Source: an uncultured Bacteroidales bacterium (GTDB lineage: Bacteria > Bacteroidota > Bacteroidia > Bacteroidales > Muribaculaceae). From it: DNA of 64,000 nucleotides. Shown here piece after piece: positions 50,274 to 61,811 of this stretch. How positions within the stretch are numbered: position 1 is the first letter of the stretch; each line of letters opens with the position of its first letter. The notes beneath the pieces are model-generated. The model was not told where the DNA came from and made no database searches. It saw only the letters and a list, made by a program, of their open reading frames with translations. Made by a program: the position numbers and the translations under genes. The DNA lies in NCBI GenBank assembly GCA_900544535.1, contig UQVH01000001.1, positions 682-64,681 of the forward strand, read 5' to 3'.

Positions 50274-50792
50274 CTAATATGTGATCAGCGAGGTGACTTC
50301 GGCGTCGGCGGGGAGATTGGCACGACCGTTGAGCGCCGAGAGTTCGATGATGAAATTGATGTAGATTTTTTTCGGGTTCATGGACTTGACAAGCTCGTAG
50401 GCAGCAGCCATTGTTCCGCCGGTTGCGAGCACGTCGTCATGAAGCACCACAATGTCATCGGGGGTGATGGCGTCGCGGTGAATCTCGATCACGTCCTTGC
50501 CGTATTCCTTGTCGTAAGAAGCCTGGATGGTGTCGGCGGGGAGCTTGCCGGGCTTGCGTACAGGCACGAAACCTGCGCCGAGTTCAAAAGCGAGGATTGA
50601 GCCCCCGATGAAACCGCGCGATTCGATGCCCACCACTTTAGTAACACCTTTGTCGCGGTAAAGTTGAGAGAGGTCCCAGCCGATGATGTGGAGGCCGCGG
50701 GGATCTTTGAAGAGAGTGGTCAGATCCTTGAAGACAATACCCTTTTTGGGGAAGTCATAGACGTCGCGGATACGTTGTTTCAGATATTCCAT
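50274..50792 (-). CDS. apt: Adenine phosphoribosyltransferase
   Basis: PRPP-binding VVLHDDVLATGGT motif. Confidence 0.9.
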   Translation of the reverse strand: MEYLKQRIRDVYDFPKKGIVFKDLTTLFKDPRGLHIIGWDLSQLYRDKGVTKVVGIESRGFIGGSILAFELGAGFVPVRKPGKLPADTIQASYDKEYGKDVIEIHRDAITPDDIVVLHDDVLATGGTMAAAYELVKSMNPKKIYINFIIELSALNGRANLPADAEVTSLITY

Positions 50793-50870
50793 GATAATGT
50801 TGTGCTATGGTTTTTATATTTGTTTTTCAGATTGATTCGGTCGATTTGTTCCACGTGAAACAATTATTTT

Positions 50871-52751
<1,881 letters not shown>

Positions 52752-52783
52752 TTGATTTTTGTTATTCTCTTGGAGCCTGTTTT

Positions 52784-53227
52784 TTAAAGAAGCTCTTTTC
52801 TTATTTCGTCAAGCAATGCAAGTGCTTGGTTTTCAAAGCTTTCCATTATCTCGCGTTCTCCAGGGCCTTTGTCGTTTATACCGCAGAGGTGGAGGACTCC
52901 GTGGATGATGACTCTCAGAAGCTCACGCTCGTAAGTGGCGCCGACAAGTTCGGAGTTGGAGAGAACCGTGTCAAGCGAGATAAACATATCGCCTGAGACC
53001 ATGCGCCCGCGCGAGTAGTCAAAGGTGATGATGTCGGTGAAATAGTCGTGGTTCAGGAACTGACGGTTGACCTCTATGATCTTGGGGTCGTCGCAGAAAA
53101 TATATGTGAGGGGCCCGACTATACGGTTGTGTGTTTTCGCCACCGCCGCTATCCACTTTTCCAAAAGCGGGGCGTCGATGTCAGGCATAGGGGTCTTGCC
53201 GTCGGTCAGCCACTCAATTTTGTTCAT
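52784..53227 (-). CDS. ybeY: rRNA maturation RNase YbeY
   Basis: HGVLHLCGINDKGPGE (H3xH5xH metal site). Confidence 0.9.
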   Translation of the reverse strand: MNKIEWLTDGKTPMPDIDAPLLEKWIAAVAKTHNRIVGPLTYIFCDDPKIIEVNRQFLNHDYFTDIITFDYSRGRMVSGDMFISLDTVLSNSELVGATYERELLRVIIHGVLHLCGINDKGPGEREIMESFENQALALLDEIRKELL

Positions 53228-53460
53228 ATTGCAAAGTTAAGGATTTTTTCGGTGTCGGTCAAAAATTTTATTTGCTCCCCGCACCGGGAATCAAAAATCG
53301 GCAATAATTCACTATGAATAAACCGATTGTCCCGATTTAAACCCGCTGAGAATAAAAAATTCACGCCCGTCAAGCCGGACGGACGTGAATTTTTAAAAGA
53401 TTTTGGCTTAAAGAGAGCGTCTACACCCGACCTCGCAGCCGGAGCGGCGGCTCCTCTCCC

Positions 53461-54378
53461 CTACCCCACCGGTGTGAGGACAGCTGAATTTTTTTCGACG
53501 TCGAGACGGACGGTCGACGAGCAGACGAGCGGGACATTGTGGTCGACGTGACCGAAGGGAATCCCGTAAGCGACCGGACAGGAACAGTCGGCCATCATGC
53601 GCGAGATCATCTCCTCCATCGAAGCTGAACCGCGGTCGGGTGCGTAGTCGGTGAAACGTCCGACCACCAAGCCGGCCAGCTTGCCCAACACTCCGCTCAG
53701 GCGGAGAGTGTAGAGAATCCGCTCCACCTTATAGATAGGTTCGGCTATGTCTTCAATGAATAATATGCGGCCGGGGCGGATGACGTCGAAGGGTGTACCG
53801 ATCAATCCGGCGATCACCGCGAGGTTGCCCCCGACGAGCAGACCCTCGGCCGAACCGGGCCGGTTGAGACTGTGGCCCCCGGCGCGCAGGTCGGGAGTGG
53901 CGCCTGAAAGGATTTCGAAGAGACGGCGCGAGTCGGCGTCGCGTCCGCGGTTTTCGGAAATGTGTTTGGTCATCGGCGCATGGACCGACTTGATGCCGTG
54001 GCGGGTCATCAGAGCGTGGAGAGCCGAGATGTCGCTGTAACCGACGATCCACTTCGGATCGTCGCGCAGAGGCAGACGGTCGAGGCGGTCGAGAAGATGG
54101 ACCGCACCATAGCCGCCGCGCGAACAGATGATGGCGCGCGTATCCGGATCGAGCAGCGCCGCCTCAAGGTCGGAATAGCGCTCGTCGTCCGTACCGGCGA
54201 ATGTGCCGTAGCGTCCGAAAGTATTGGCGCCGACATAGGGCACCCAGCCGCAGTCGGCAAGCACGGGAAGCGAATTGTAGACGACCTGTGGCTTGATGAT
54301 CCCCGCCGGGGAGACGATGGCCACACGGTCGCCGCTTACGAGCGGACGCGGAGTCAGTATGGGACGTTCCTCGCTCAT
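53461..54378 (-). CDS. LD-carboxypeptidase (peptidase S66)
   Basis: GDRVAIVSPAG N-terminus and catalytic Ser in GYSDISALH. Confidence 0.8.
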   Translation of the reverse strand: MSEERPILTPRPLVSGDRVAIVSPAGIIKPQVVYNSLPVLADCGWVPYVGANTFGRYGTFAGTDDERYSDLEAALLDPDTRAIICSRGGYGAVHLLDRLDRLPLRDDPKWIVGYSDISALHALMTRHGIKSVHAPMTKHISENRGRDADSRRLFEILSGATPDLRAGGHSLNRPGSAEGLLVGGNLAVIAGLIGTPFDVIRPGRILFIEDIAEPIYKVERILYTLRLSGVLGKLAGLVVGRFTDYAPDRGSASMEEMISRMMADCSCPVAYGIPFGHVDHNVPLVCSSTVRLDVEKNSAVLTPVG

Positions 54379-55154
54379 GCCACCTGAATTTTGATTCCCG
54401 TCGCGTCGACTATGCGGCGCCCTATCGCTTCAAGTTCCTCACGGGAGACTTTTTCAAGCCCCTCGGCGGGTGTCTTGCGGTCGATGGAATAGATCATGAT
54501 CTCGCGCGGACGGATGCGTCGGTAGGCTTCGATGAGCGCGTCGACCTCGGCGGCTGTGGTGTTGTCGATCCTCACGCCCTCGTACTCGCCGCGCAGAAAC
54601 ATGGTCTGGATGATGCACTCGCCACCGAAACGGCAGAGGTCGGCAATAGCTTTTTCCGAAGTGAATGCCGGACTGTTGGGGCGGTCGATCGCCTGCATCG
54701 TGGCCGTTACGGCCGAGTCGAGTTTGAGGATATTGTTGTCGACCCGGCGCAGTGCGGCCTCCACTTCAGGGCGGTCGATGCGGGTCGAATTGCTCAGAAC
54801 GCTGACCTTGGCATCGGGATAATAGCGGTCGCGCAGGCGCAGGGTGTCATCGATCACAGCCGGAAATTCGGGGTGAAGCGTCGGTTCGCCGTTGCCCGAA
54901 AAGGTGATCACGTCAAGCGGCTCGCCCGCCTCGCTCATATTGCGCAGGCGCGATTCGAGCATACGGGCCACCCGTTCGCGCGGCGGAAAACCGGTCGTGC
55001 CGGGTCCCTGCGCGTTGAAACCGGCCTCGCAGTAGAGGCAGTCGAACGTACAGATCTTGCCGTCGTCAGGAGTCAGATTGACTCCTAACGATACGCCGAG
55101 ACGCCTCGACCTGATCGGGCCGAAGATGGTCGAGTGAAAGAGTACGGTCTGCAT
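54375..55154 (-). CDS. Radical SAM protein
   Basis: CTFDCLYCE (CxxxCxxC) near the N-terminus. 4-nt overlap with the downstream gene. Confidence 0.65.
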   Translation of the reverse strand: MQTVLFHSTIFGPIRSRRLGVSLGVNLTPDDGKICTFDCLYCEAGFNAQGPGTTGFPPRERVARMLESRLRNMSEAGEPLDVITFSGNGEPTLHPEFPAVIDDTLRLRDRYYPDAKVSVLSNSTRIDRPEVEAALRRVDNNILKLDSAVTATMQAIDRPNSPAFTSEKAIADLCRFGGECIIQTMFLRGEYEGVRIDNTTAAEVDALIEAYRRIRPREIMIYSIDRKTPAEGLEKVSREELEAIGRRIVDATGIKIQVA

Positions 55155-55711
55155 CAGACAGTCAGGATCTCCTTTTCCTTGGCAGCGAAGAGATCGTCGA
55201 TTTTCTTGAGATATTTGTCGTGGAGCTTCTGCACATCGTTTTCGGCATCCTTCTCAACGTCTTCGCTCATGCCCTGCTTGATAGCCTTCTTGAGACCTTC
55301 AATGGCATCGCGGCGGGCGTTTCGGACGCTGACTTTGGCATTCTCGGCCTCGGCTTTCGACTGCTTCACCAGCGCGCGGCGGCGTTCCTCGGTCAGCGGG
55401 GGAATGGAGAGGCGGATCACTTCGCCGTTGTTCTCAGGAGTGATGCCAAGCTCGGAGTTGATGATGGCTTTTTCGATCTCCTTGAACATGGCTTTTTCCC
55501 AGGGAGTGATGGCGATGGTGCGGGCGTCGGGGACAGACACGTTGGCCACCTGCGAGACGGGCACGTTGGTGCCGTAGTAGCTCACACGCACTGAGTCAAG
55601 AATCTTCGGATTGGCTTTGCCGGCGCGGATGTGGGCCAGCGATTCGTCAAGATAAGCCACGGCCATCTCCATTTTTTCTTCGGCCGGAATGAGGTAATCG
55701 GAGGGTTCCAT
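55154..55711 (-). CDS. frr: Ribosome recycling factor
   Basis: Full-length RRF similarity (…[12 protein letters not shown]…). Confidence 0.95.
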   Translation of the reverse strand: MEPSDYLIPAEEKMEMAVAYLDESLAHIRAGKANPKILDSVRVSYYGTNVPVSQVANVSVPDARTIAITPWEKAMFKEIEKAIINSELGITPENNGEVIRLSIPPLTEERRRALVKQSKAEAENAKVSVRNARRDAIEGLKKAIKQGMSEDVEKDAENDVQKLHDKYLKKIDDLFAAKEKEILTV

Positions 55712-55766
55712 AGAGGGTTATATTTAATGTGATTTTTTGATTCTGTAAGTTTAATATTTATCCTGA

Positions 55767-56477
55767 TCAGTACACCAGCGTACCGATGTTCTCGCCGCAG
55801 ATGACCTTGAGCAGATTGCCCGGAGTGTCCATATCGAAGACGACGATAGGCAGATGGTTTTCCTTGCAGAGGGCGGTGGCGGTGAGATCCATCACCTTGA
55901 GGCCGCGGTTGTAGACCTCGTCATAGGTGATCTTGTCAAACTTGACGGCTGTCGGGTCCTTTTCGGGATCGGCGGTGTAGATGCCGTCGACGCGGGTGCC
56001 CTTGAGCATCACGTCGGCCTCCACCTCAATGCCGCGCAGGGCGCTGCCGGTGTCGGTGGTGAAGAAGGGGTTGCCTGTGCCTCCGGCAATGATGGCCACC
56101 TCTCCGCGGTCGAGGGCCTCGATGGCCACACGGTTGGAGTAGTAGTCGCCGATCGGATACATATTAAGTGCGGTAAGCACCTTGGCGGGCTGTCCGATCG
56201 CCTCAAGAGCCGACGAAAGAGCCAGCGAATTGATGACAGTGGCAAGCATACCCATCTGGTCGCCCTTTACTCGGTTGAAACCTTTGGCTGCGCCTGAAAC
56301 GCCGCGGAAAATGTTGCCGCCGCCGATGACAATGGCAACCTGCACACCCATAGAACAAATCTCCATGATCTGCGAGGCATATTCCGAAAGACGGTCGGTG
56401 TCGATTCCGTAGCCCTGCTTTCCCATCAGCGACTCTCCGCTGAGCTTGAGCAACACTCTTTTGTATTTTGCTTCCAT
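55767..56477 (-). CDS. pyrH: UMP kinase
   Basis: YKRVLLKLSGESL and IVIGGGNIFRG motifs. Confidence 0.95.
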   Translation of the reverse strand: MEAKYKRVLLKLSGESLMGKQGYGIDTDRLSEYASQIMEICSMGVQVAIVIGGGNIFRGVSGAAKGFNRVKGDQMGMLATVINSLALSSALEAIGQPAKVLTALNMYPIGDYYSNRVAIEALDRGEVAIIAGGTGNPFFTTDTGSALRGIEVEADVMLKGTRVDGIYTADPEKDPTAVKFDKITYDEVYNRGLKVMDLTATALCKENHLPIVVFDMDTPGNLLKVICGENIGTLVY

Positions 56478-56692
56478 TTACTTGTGCTTATATAATATAT
56501 GTGTCTGTGTTCTTGTTTTCAACAAAGGTAAGGATTATTCCTTTAAAAAATGACAATTCCATTTCAAAAGTCACACAATTCTGTTACAAATTTTACAGAT
56601 TTTGCAAAATCTTGGTATATTTGCTCTCAGAATTTCTCTCATCCTCACGTTTTCTACCTGAAACTATTTGCAATATTAAGTAGCATTTTTTA

Positions 56693-57391
56693 TTGAGTGT
56701 GACACCTTCGATATTAATCGTAGACAATGACACCGGCATTACCTCACTTCTGACAGAAAATCTTCGTAGCGAGGGATATGATGTCACGGCTGTAAGCCGG
56801 GCAGAAGAAGCTCTGACTCTTCCGCTCGACACTTTTCAGCTTGTCATTTCCGAGGTGGCACTCCCCGGTGAAATCGACGGTCTCGAACTGCTCGAACGCA
56901 TGAAGGAAGACCGCATGACTTTCCACATACCACTTATGTTCTGCACCGTCCGCGACGGGGAGCGCGACATCATCGCGGGCCTCAACGCCGGTGCCGACGA
57001 CTATGTCACCAAGCCTTTCTCGCTTCGCGAATTCATGGCGCGCATCCGATCCGTGATGCGCCGTCACCGCAACTTCGCCCCCGCCGCCACCCAGCGGACA
57101 ATCGAATACCGCACACTGATCCTCAACATCGAATCGCGCACTCTGATCATCGACGGCGAATCCGTGGCTCTGTCGCCAACCGAATTCACCATACTGACGA
57201 TGCTCATGCGCTCGCGCAACAAACTTTTCCCCCGCGAGGAAATTTTCGCCTCCACCTGGCCCGGCGAAGAGATGACCAATCCGCGTCTTGTCGATGTCAA
57301 CATCTCGCGTCTGCGTAAAAAACTCGGATCATACGGCCAGCATATCGTCAACCGTTCGGGCCTCGGCTATGGATTTATGGACACGATATGA
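56693..57391 (+). CDS. OmpR-family winged-helix response regulator with an atypical receiver (phospho-acceptor Asp replaced by Glu)
   Basis: Receiver LIVDND...LVISEVALPGEIDG...YVTKPF. The C-terminal wHTH is family-typical (SPTEFTILTMLM...VNISRLRKKLG). No sensor kinase is adjacent. TATATTTG at ~56628. Confidence 0.75.
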   Translation: MSVTPSILIVDNDTGITSLLTENLRSEGYDVTAVSRAEEALTLPLDTFQLVISEVALPGEIDGLELLERMKEDRMTFHIPLMFCTVRDGERDIIAGLNAGADDYVTKPFSLREFMARIRSVMRRHRNFAPAATQRTIEYRTLILNIESRTLIIDGESVALSPTEFTILTMLMRSRNKLFPREEIFASTWPGEEMTNPRLVDVNISRLRKKLGSYGQHIVNRSGLGYGFMDTI

Positions 57392-58017
57392 AAAAACTGC
57401 CGGCGCCTCTGCCCTCCTCCACCACACCCTTCATTCTTGAAGCCGGATGCGACGAAGCCGGCCGCGGATGCCTGGCGGGACCGGTCTTTGCAGCGGCTGT
57501 GATTCTCCCCGACGGCTATTCCAATCCCCTGCTCAACGACTCGAAAAAGCTCACCGAAAAGCAGCGCGAAGAGCTGCGCCCCGTCATCGAACGCGATGCC
57601 GTCGCCTGGGCCGTGGCCACCGCCGACCATGAGGAGATAGACCGCATCAACATACTCAACGCCTCGATCCTTGCAATGCACCGTGCGCTCGACGCCCTCG
57701 GAGTGGAGCCGGGAGGAATAGCGGTCGACGGCAACCGTTTCAAGCAGTACAGAGACATCAGGCATGTGACGGTGGTCAAGGGTGACGGCAAATACGGCAA
57801 CATCGCCGCAGCCTCGATCCTTGCCAAGACACACCGCGACGAGTTCATGCGTGAGGCCGCCCGAAAATATCCCGGCTACAACTGGGAGGTCAACAAGGGT
57901 TATCCCACACGCGACCACCGCGCGGCAATCGCCGCTATCGGCCCCTCGCCGATCCACCGCATGACTTTCCGCCTCCTCCCCGACAGCAGTCAGGAAGAAG
58001 AGGACGATGCAAAATAA
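57388..58017 (+). CDS. rnhB: Ribonuclease HII
   Basis: EAGCDEAGRGCLAGPV catalytic DEAGRG motif. 4-nt overlap with the upstream gene. Confidence 0.9.
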   Translation: MKKLPAPLPSSTTPFILEAGCDEAGRGCLAGPVFAAAVILPDGYSNPLLNDSKKLTEKQREELRPVIERDAVAWAVATADHEEIDRINILNASILAMHRALDALGVEPGGIAVDGNRFKQYRDIRHVTVVKGDGKYGNIAAASILAKTHRDEFMREAARKYPGYNWEVNKGYPTRDHRAAIAAIGPSPIHRMTFRLLPDSSQEEEDDAK

Positions 58018-58022
58018 AAAAA

Positions 58023-58775
58023 TCATTTTTTCAGTTTTCTCGCCGCTGTGTAGGCAAGCATCTCGGCCCTGTAAGACTGGCGTGAAATCTCGCGGCCCAC
58101 TTTACCCTCGAAAATTCCGCCCTTTCTGACATATGTTTTCCAGAAAGCTTTCAGGCCGTGGACGAAGGGCGACAGTGCGCCGATTTCATCATCCTTGGCC
58201 GCAAGCACCTTTGCTTTCATCTTGGCGTGAGAGTTTACCACTGCCTCATATTGCTGCGGAGTGTCGCAACGGTGGTGCAGGATGTCACCGTCGACCAGAG
58301 CCGGACGCACCGAGTCGCGGAAAATCACCGTCTCGGCCACGTCACGCAGATTCCAGTTGGCATAGCGCTTGTCAAAGAGGCGTATCTGGCGGTCGGGGTA
58401 CCATCCGCAGTGTCTCACCGGAAAACCACAATAGAAATTCAGGCGCGACATGCTGTAAACCCTGTGGCCGAAACCTTCTTCCTTAAGGCGCAGAATCGAC
58501 TCCTGGAGGGCAGGCGAGAGCACCTCATCGGCGTCGATCGAAAGAACATACTGATGGGTTGTGAGGGAGGTGGCATACTGACGCTGTGCACCGAATCCGT
58601 CAAACTTGCGCAGGCAGATCCGGCAACCGTACTCCTCGCAGATTTCAACCGTGCGGTCGGTCGATCCGGAATCAACCACTATTATTTCATCCGCTATTCC
58701 GCGCAATGATTCCAGACAGGCACCGACGTGCCTCTCTTCATTAAATGCAAGAATAGTTGCTGAAATTTTTTTCAT
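58023..58775 (-). CDS. Glycosyltransferase family 2
   Basis: ISATILAFNEERH...IIVVDSGSTD...SIDADE. Confidence 0.8.
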   Translation of the reverse strand: MKKISATILAFNEERHVGACLESLRGIADEIIVVDSGSTDRTVEICEEYGCRICLRKFDGFGAQRQYATSLTTHQYVLSIDADEVLSPALQESILRLKEEGFGHRVYSMSRLNFYCGFPVRHCGWYPDRQIRLFDKRYANWNLRDVAETVIFRDSVRPALVDGDILHHRCDTPQQYEAVVNSHAKMKAKVLAAKDDEIGALSPFVHGLKAFWKTYVRKGGIFEGKVGREISRQSYRAEMLAYTAARKLKK

Positions 58776-59220
58776 CTGCTAATAATAATAGACCTATGTT
58801 TATCGTTCTCTAATTTGGAACGCCGAATTCATCTCGGCATAGGCGTTACAAATGTAGGACAAAAAATTTATTTTTTCAAAACTCTTTTTTTGGCAAATCC
58901 GACAAACTGACTAAAAAAGAGCAAAAAGATACCGAAAACACCCCCATTAACTAATTTTAACCATTGGGGGGGGGTAAAATTGAAAGATAAATATTACTTT
59001 TGTACCACAACTATTAGCGCCAAAAGACTTATAGCTACTATCAAAGCAACGCATAACACAAAGTCAACTAAAAAAGTTAGGTTAAGGGAATAGAGAGACC
59101 GTGAGGTTTCTCTATTTTCTTTATCCCCCCTAAAGAAAAATATTTATTTTATCGGCGTAAAAATCTCACGTTTTATCTATATTTGCGAAATAATTAAAAC
59201 CTTTTAAGAGTCGCTTCATC

Positions 59221-61239
59221 ATGAAATCTTTGCTTCATCTTTGTGTCATTGCGTTAGTTATATTTTTCTTCCCGTTCAAGAACGCAACGGCCTATACATT
59301 GTCATCCAAATCGGCTGTTGCGCATCTGAAAGATCTTGAGAATGAGAATAAGGATATTATGAAATCATTAGGCAAGGAATACAAAGCTAAAGTATCTATC
59401 GAACAGTGGAACGACGGCAAAAATTATTTCATATTGCACCGCAATCTGGAGTTTGCCCGCGCCGACATGAATGGAAACATCATTTCTTATCTCAACCCCG
59501 ACGGCAATAAAGAGATATTCTTCTACGACTGTCAGTATGTCAGCGATGAAAATTCCCCAGAATCTTACTATATGGTTCTCCGCAAACTCGGAAACGGCAA
59601 GCAGATATGGAGCGCGGTACTGAAAGACGGACATATTCCATGCAATCTGCCATTAACGAAAGTTTCCAATATCGAAGGTAAACGCTACTTCGCTCACGAC
59701 ACCTCTGATCCAAGAAATAAATATGTGATTTACGACTACGCCGGTACGCTCCTTACCCCTACACCCTGTAATGATTTTACATTCATCTCAGGCGATGGAA
59801 AGGGAAAGATTCTCACTGACAAGCAAAAGCAGTCTATTACATTCAACTGGCCCGATATGCCGTTCCATATCACAGGTAAAACCGCCGGTCAACCGCTGCC
59901 ATATACTGTCTATGGTCCCGGTAAAGGTCAGACAAGAAATTGTCAGAATGTGATAGGACGTCTGTGCACCGGCACACCGGCCGACGGCAAGTCAATCGCA
60001 AAAGATTCCAGGTATGTGCGCGTGCTGCGTCACTACGACAATAAAGGCGCGCTCATCAGCAAAGACACGGTGATGGTGGTCAACTTTACCAAACCCGTCG
60101 ACGTGATGCGCACCGACAACGGCGATGTGCTCGCACACAATGTCCGGGAAATACGCCTCATAAACAACTCCGGTTCGTTCTATTATGTACAGTACAACTT
60201 GTCCGACTGGCGCCGATATGTAGGTCTGGTCAATATGGCTGACACTGCCAAGAATGTGCCTCCCGTGTTCGCCGATGTGGCTTGGACAGGCGACGATAGA
60301 GGCGCATTGGTGCAAAAGAGTATCTACGAGCCTTTCAGCCAATATACCCCCGGAACCATCTGTACTCCCTTCATCCCCTCCGAAGAGGAAAAAAATATCC
60401 GTAAAGGCTCGCGGGCCTATGTCAATACTTCAAAGGAAAAAATAACCGACAGCATCGCCGGTCTTAACCCCGAAGAAATAAAGATCGTACAGGCTGATCT
60501 CATATGGTGTCTCGCAAAGGACATCGACATGCTCGAAACCAACATACGCCTCGCAGAAGCTGATGTCTCCCCCCTTGCCGGTGGTCACGGCCATACTATT
60601 TTTTCGCAGAAAAACGGTCAGTGCATATCAGCTTTTGCCCGCATTCTTCCACGATTTAAAGTTTATGCCGATGTTCTTTCAAAAAATGCCGCTGACAGCG
60701 ATCTCACGTCCAACCTGCAAAAGATGATTGCTTCAGCCGAAAACTTTGAAAAGCAGGCGTTCGACTGTGCATCCGCTTATTACGACCGCCGTAACATGAA
60801 AGATGCCGAAATAGCCGAAAGAAAACGTATAGAAGCCGCAAAGAAAGAACGGTTGAGAAAAACTCTTGAAACTTCCCAGGAGTTCACTGATCAGATTAAT
60901 GAAGCACAAGCCATAGTCCGCGAAGGCGAACAGCGCATAGCAGCTAAAAAAGCGGCCCGCAAAGCAGCTGAAAGCGGATACTCTTCCCAAAGCACATCCA
61001 CATCTTCGGCAGCCTCGACCGGCGAAGACAAATCCGGACGCAAAGCCTTCCTGAAAGGCCAGATCATCGAATGGAAAAATAAATTGAAAAAAGCCGAACA
61101 GTCGCTCGAAAGTGAATTGGCATCCGGCAACAATGACGACTGGCATAAACAACAGGTTGTCGAAAGCAAACGCAATACCGTCAATGAATGTCTGCAAATG
61201 ATTCGTCAGTATGAGGAAGAACTCAACTCATTGAAATAG
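59221..61239 (+). CDS. Secreted hypothetical protein (672 aa) with a C-terminal Lys/Glu-rich coiled coil, in an AT-rich segment
   Basis: Signal peptide MKSLLHLCVIALVIFFFPFKNATA. TATATTTG -7 box at 59178-59185. Lower GC than the flanks. Confidence 0.45.
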   Translation: MKSLLHLCVIALVIFFFPFKNATAYTLSSKSAVAHLKDLENENKDIMKSLGKEYKAKVSIEQWNDGKNYFILHRNLEFARADMNGNIISYLNPDGNKEIFFYDCQYVSDENSPESYYMVLRKLGNGKQIWSAVLKDGHIPCNLPLTKVSNIEGKRYFAHDTSDPRNKYVIYDYAGTLLTPTPCNDFTFISGDGKGKILTDKQKQSITFNWPDMPFHITGKTAGQPLPYTVYGPGKGQTRNCQNVIGRLCTGTPADGKSIAKDSRYVRVLRHYDNKGALISKDTVMVVNFTKPVDVMRTDNGDVLAHNVREIRLINNSGSFYYVQYNLSDWRRYVGLVNMADTAKNVPPVFADVAWTGDDRGALVQKSIYEPFSQYTPGTICTPFIPSEEEKNIRKGSRAYVNTSKEKITDSIAGLNPEEIKIVQADLIWCLAKDIDMLETNIRLAEADVSPLAGGHGHTIFSQKNGQCISAFARILPRFKVYADVLSKNAADSDLTSNLQKMIASAENFEKQAFDCASAYYDRRNMKDAEIAERKRIEAAKKERLRKTLETSQEFTDQINEAQAIVREGEQRIAAKKAARKAAESGYSSQSTSTSSAASTGEDKSGRKAFLKGQIIEWKNKLKKAEQSLESELASGNNDDWHKQQVVESKRNTVNECLQMIRQYEEELNSLK

Positions 61240-61377
61240 ATCACTATTATCCTCCCACCTGTCGCAGACACGGTCACATTTGTCTTGCCTGTTCATTCAA
61301 ACTATCAATATCAGGTTGGTTGCAGACCTCGCATGTAGGCCGACCACGTTAAGTAATATCAGACCTTGCATATAGCC

Positions 61378-61645
61378 TGGCCGCGTCAGCGGTCAGGAGA
61401 ATCCAAGAAGATACGTTGCAGGCTGGCCGCGTCAGCGGTCAGGAGAATCCAGGCCACTGCAAGGGCGCCGTAGGTGTCCGCAGCTGTGGTGAAAAAGATG
61501 TTATAATATTTAAAAGCTCCGTAGGAGCGAAACAATAGAGACAAAGTTTCACTCCTACGGAGCTTTTTGAAGGGAGGGGGATACCGGTAACCACAGCTGC
61601 GGACCGCGATGCGGCCCTTGCAGTGGCCTGGATTCCTCCAACCGC
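61378..61645. repeat. Structured intergenic repeat element, copy 2 (MITE-like; ~24-bp terminal inverted repeats GGAGAATCCAGGCCACTGCAAGGG)
   Basis: Same outer and inner hairpin arms as copy 1. Flanked by cgcgtcagcggtcaggagaatcca units. Confidence 0.7.
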
Positions 61646-61648
61646 TAC

Positions 61649-61780
61649 GCGGTTAGCCTGATGCTGTCATTGAAACCATCCCAGATATGTTCGCGGTCAG
61701 CCTGATGCTGTCATTGAAACCATCCCAGATATATTCGCGGTTAACCTGATATTGGCGGCTTGGGATGGTGCTAATCTATG
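61649..61780. repeat. 44-bp tandem repeat (~3 units), the third partly complementary to the first two
   Basis: gcggt(t/c)agcctgatgctgtcattgaaaccatcccagatat(g/a)ttc appears twice, followed by gcggttaacctgatattggcggcttgggatggtgctaatc. Confidence 0.6.
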
Positions 61781-61811
61781 CAAATCCATCACGACTCCAT
61801 ATCTGATTCTA

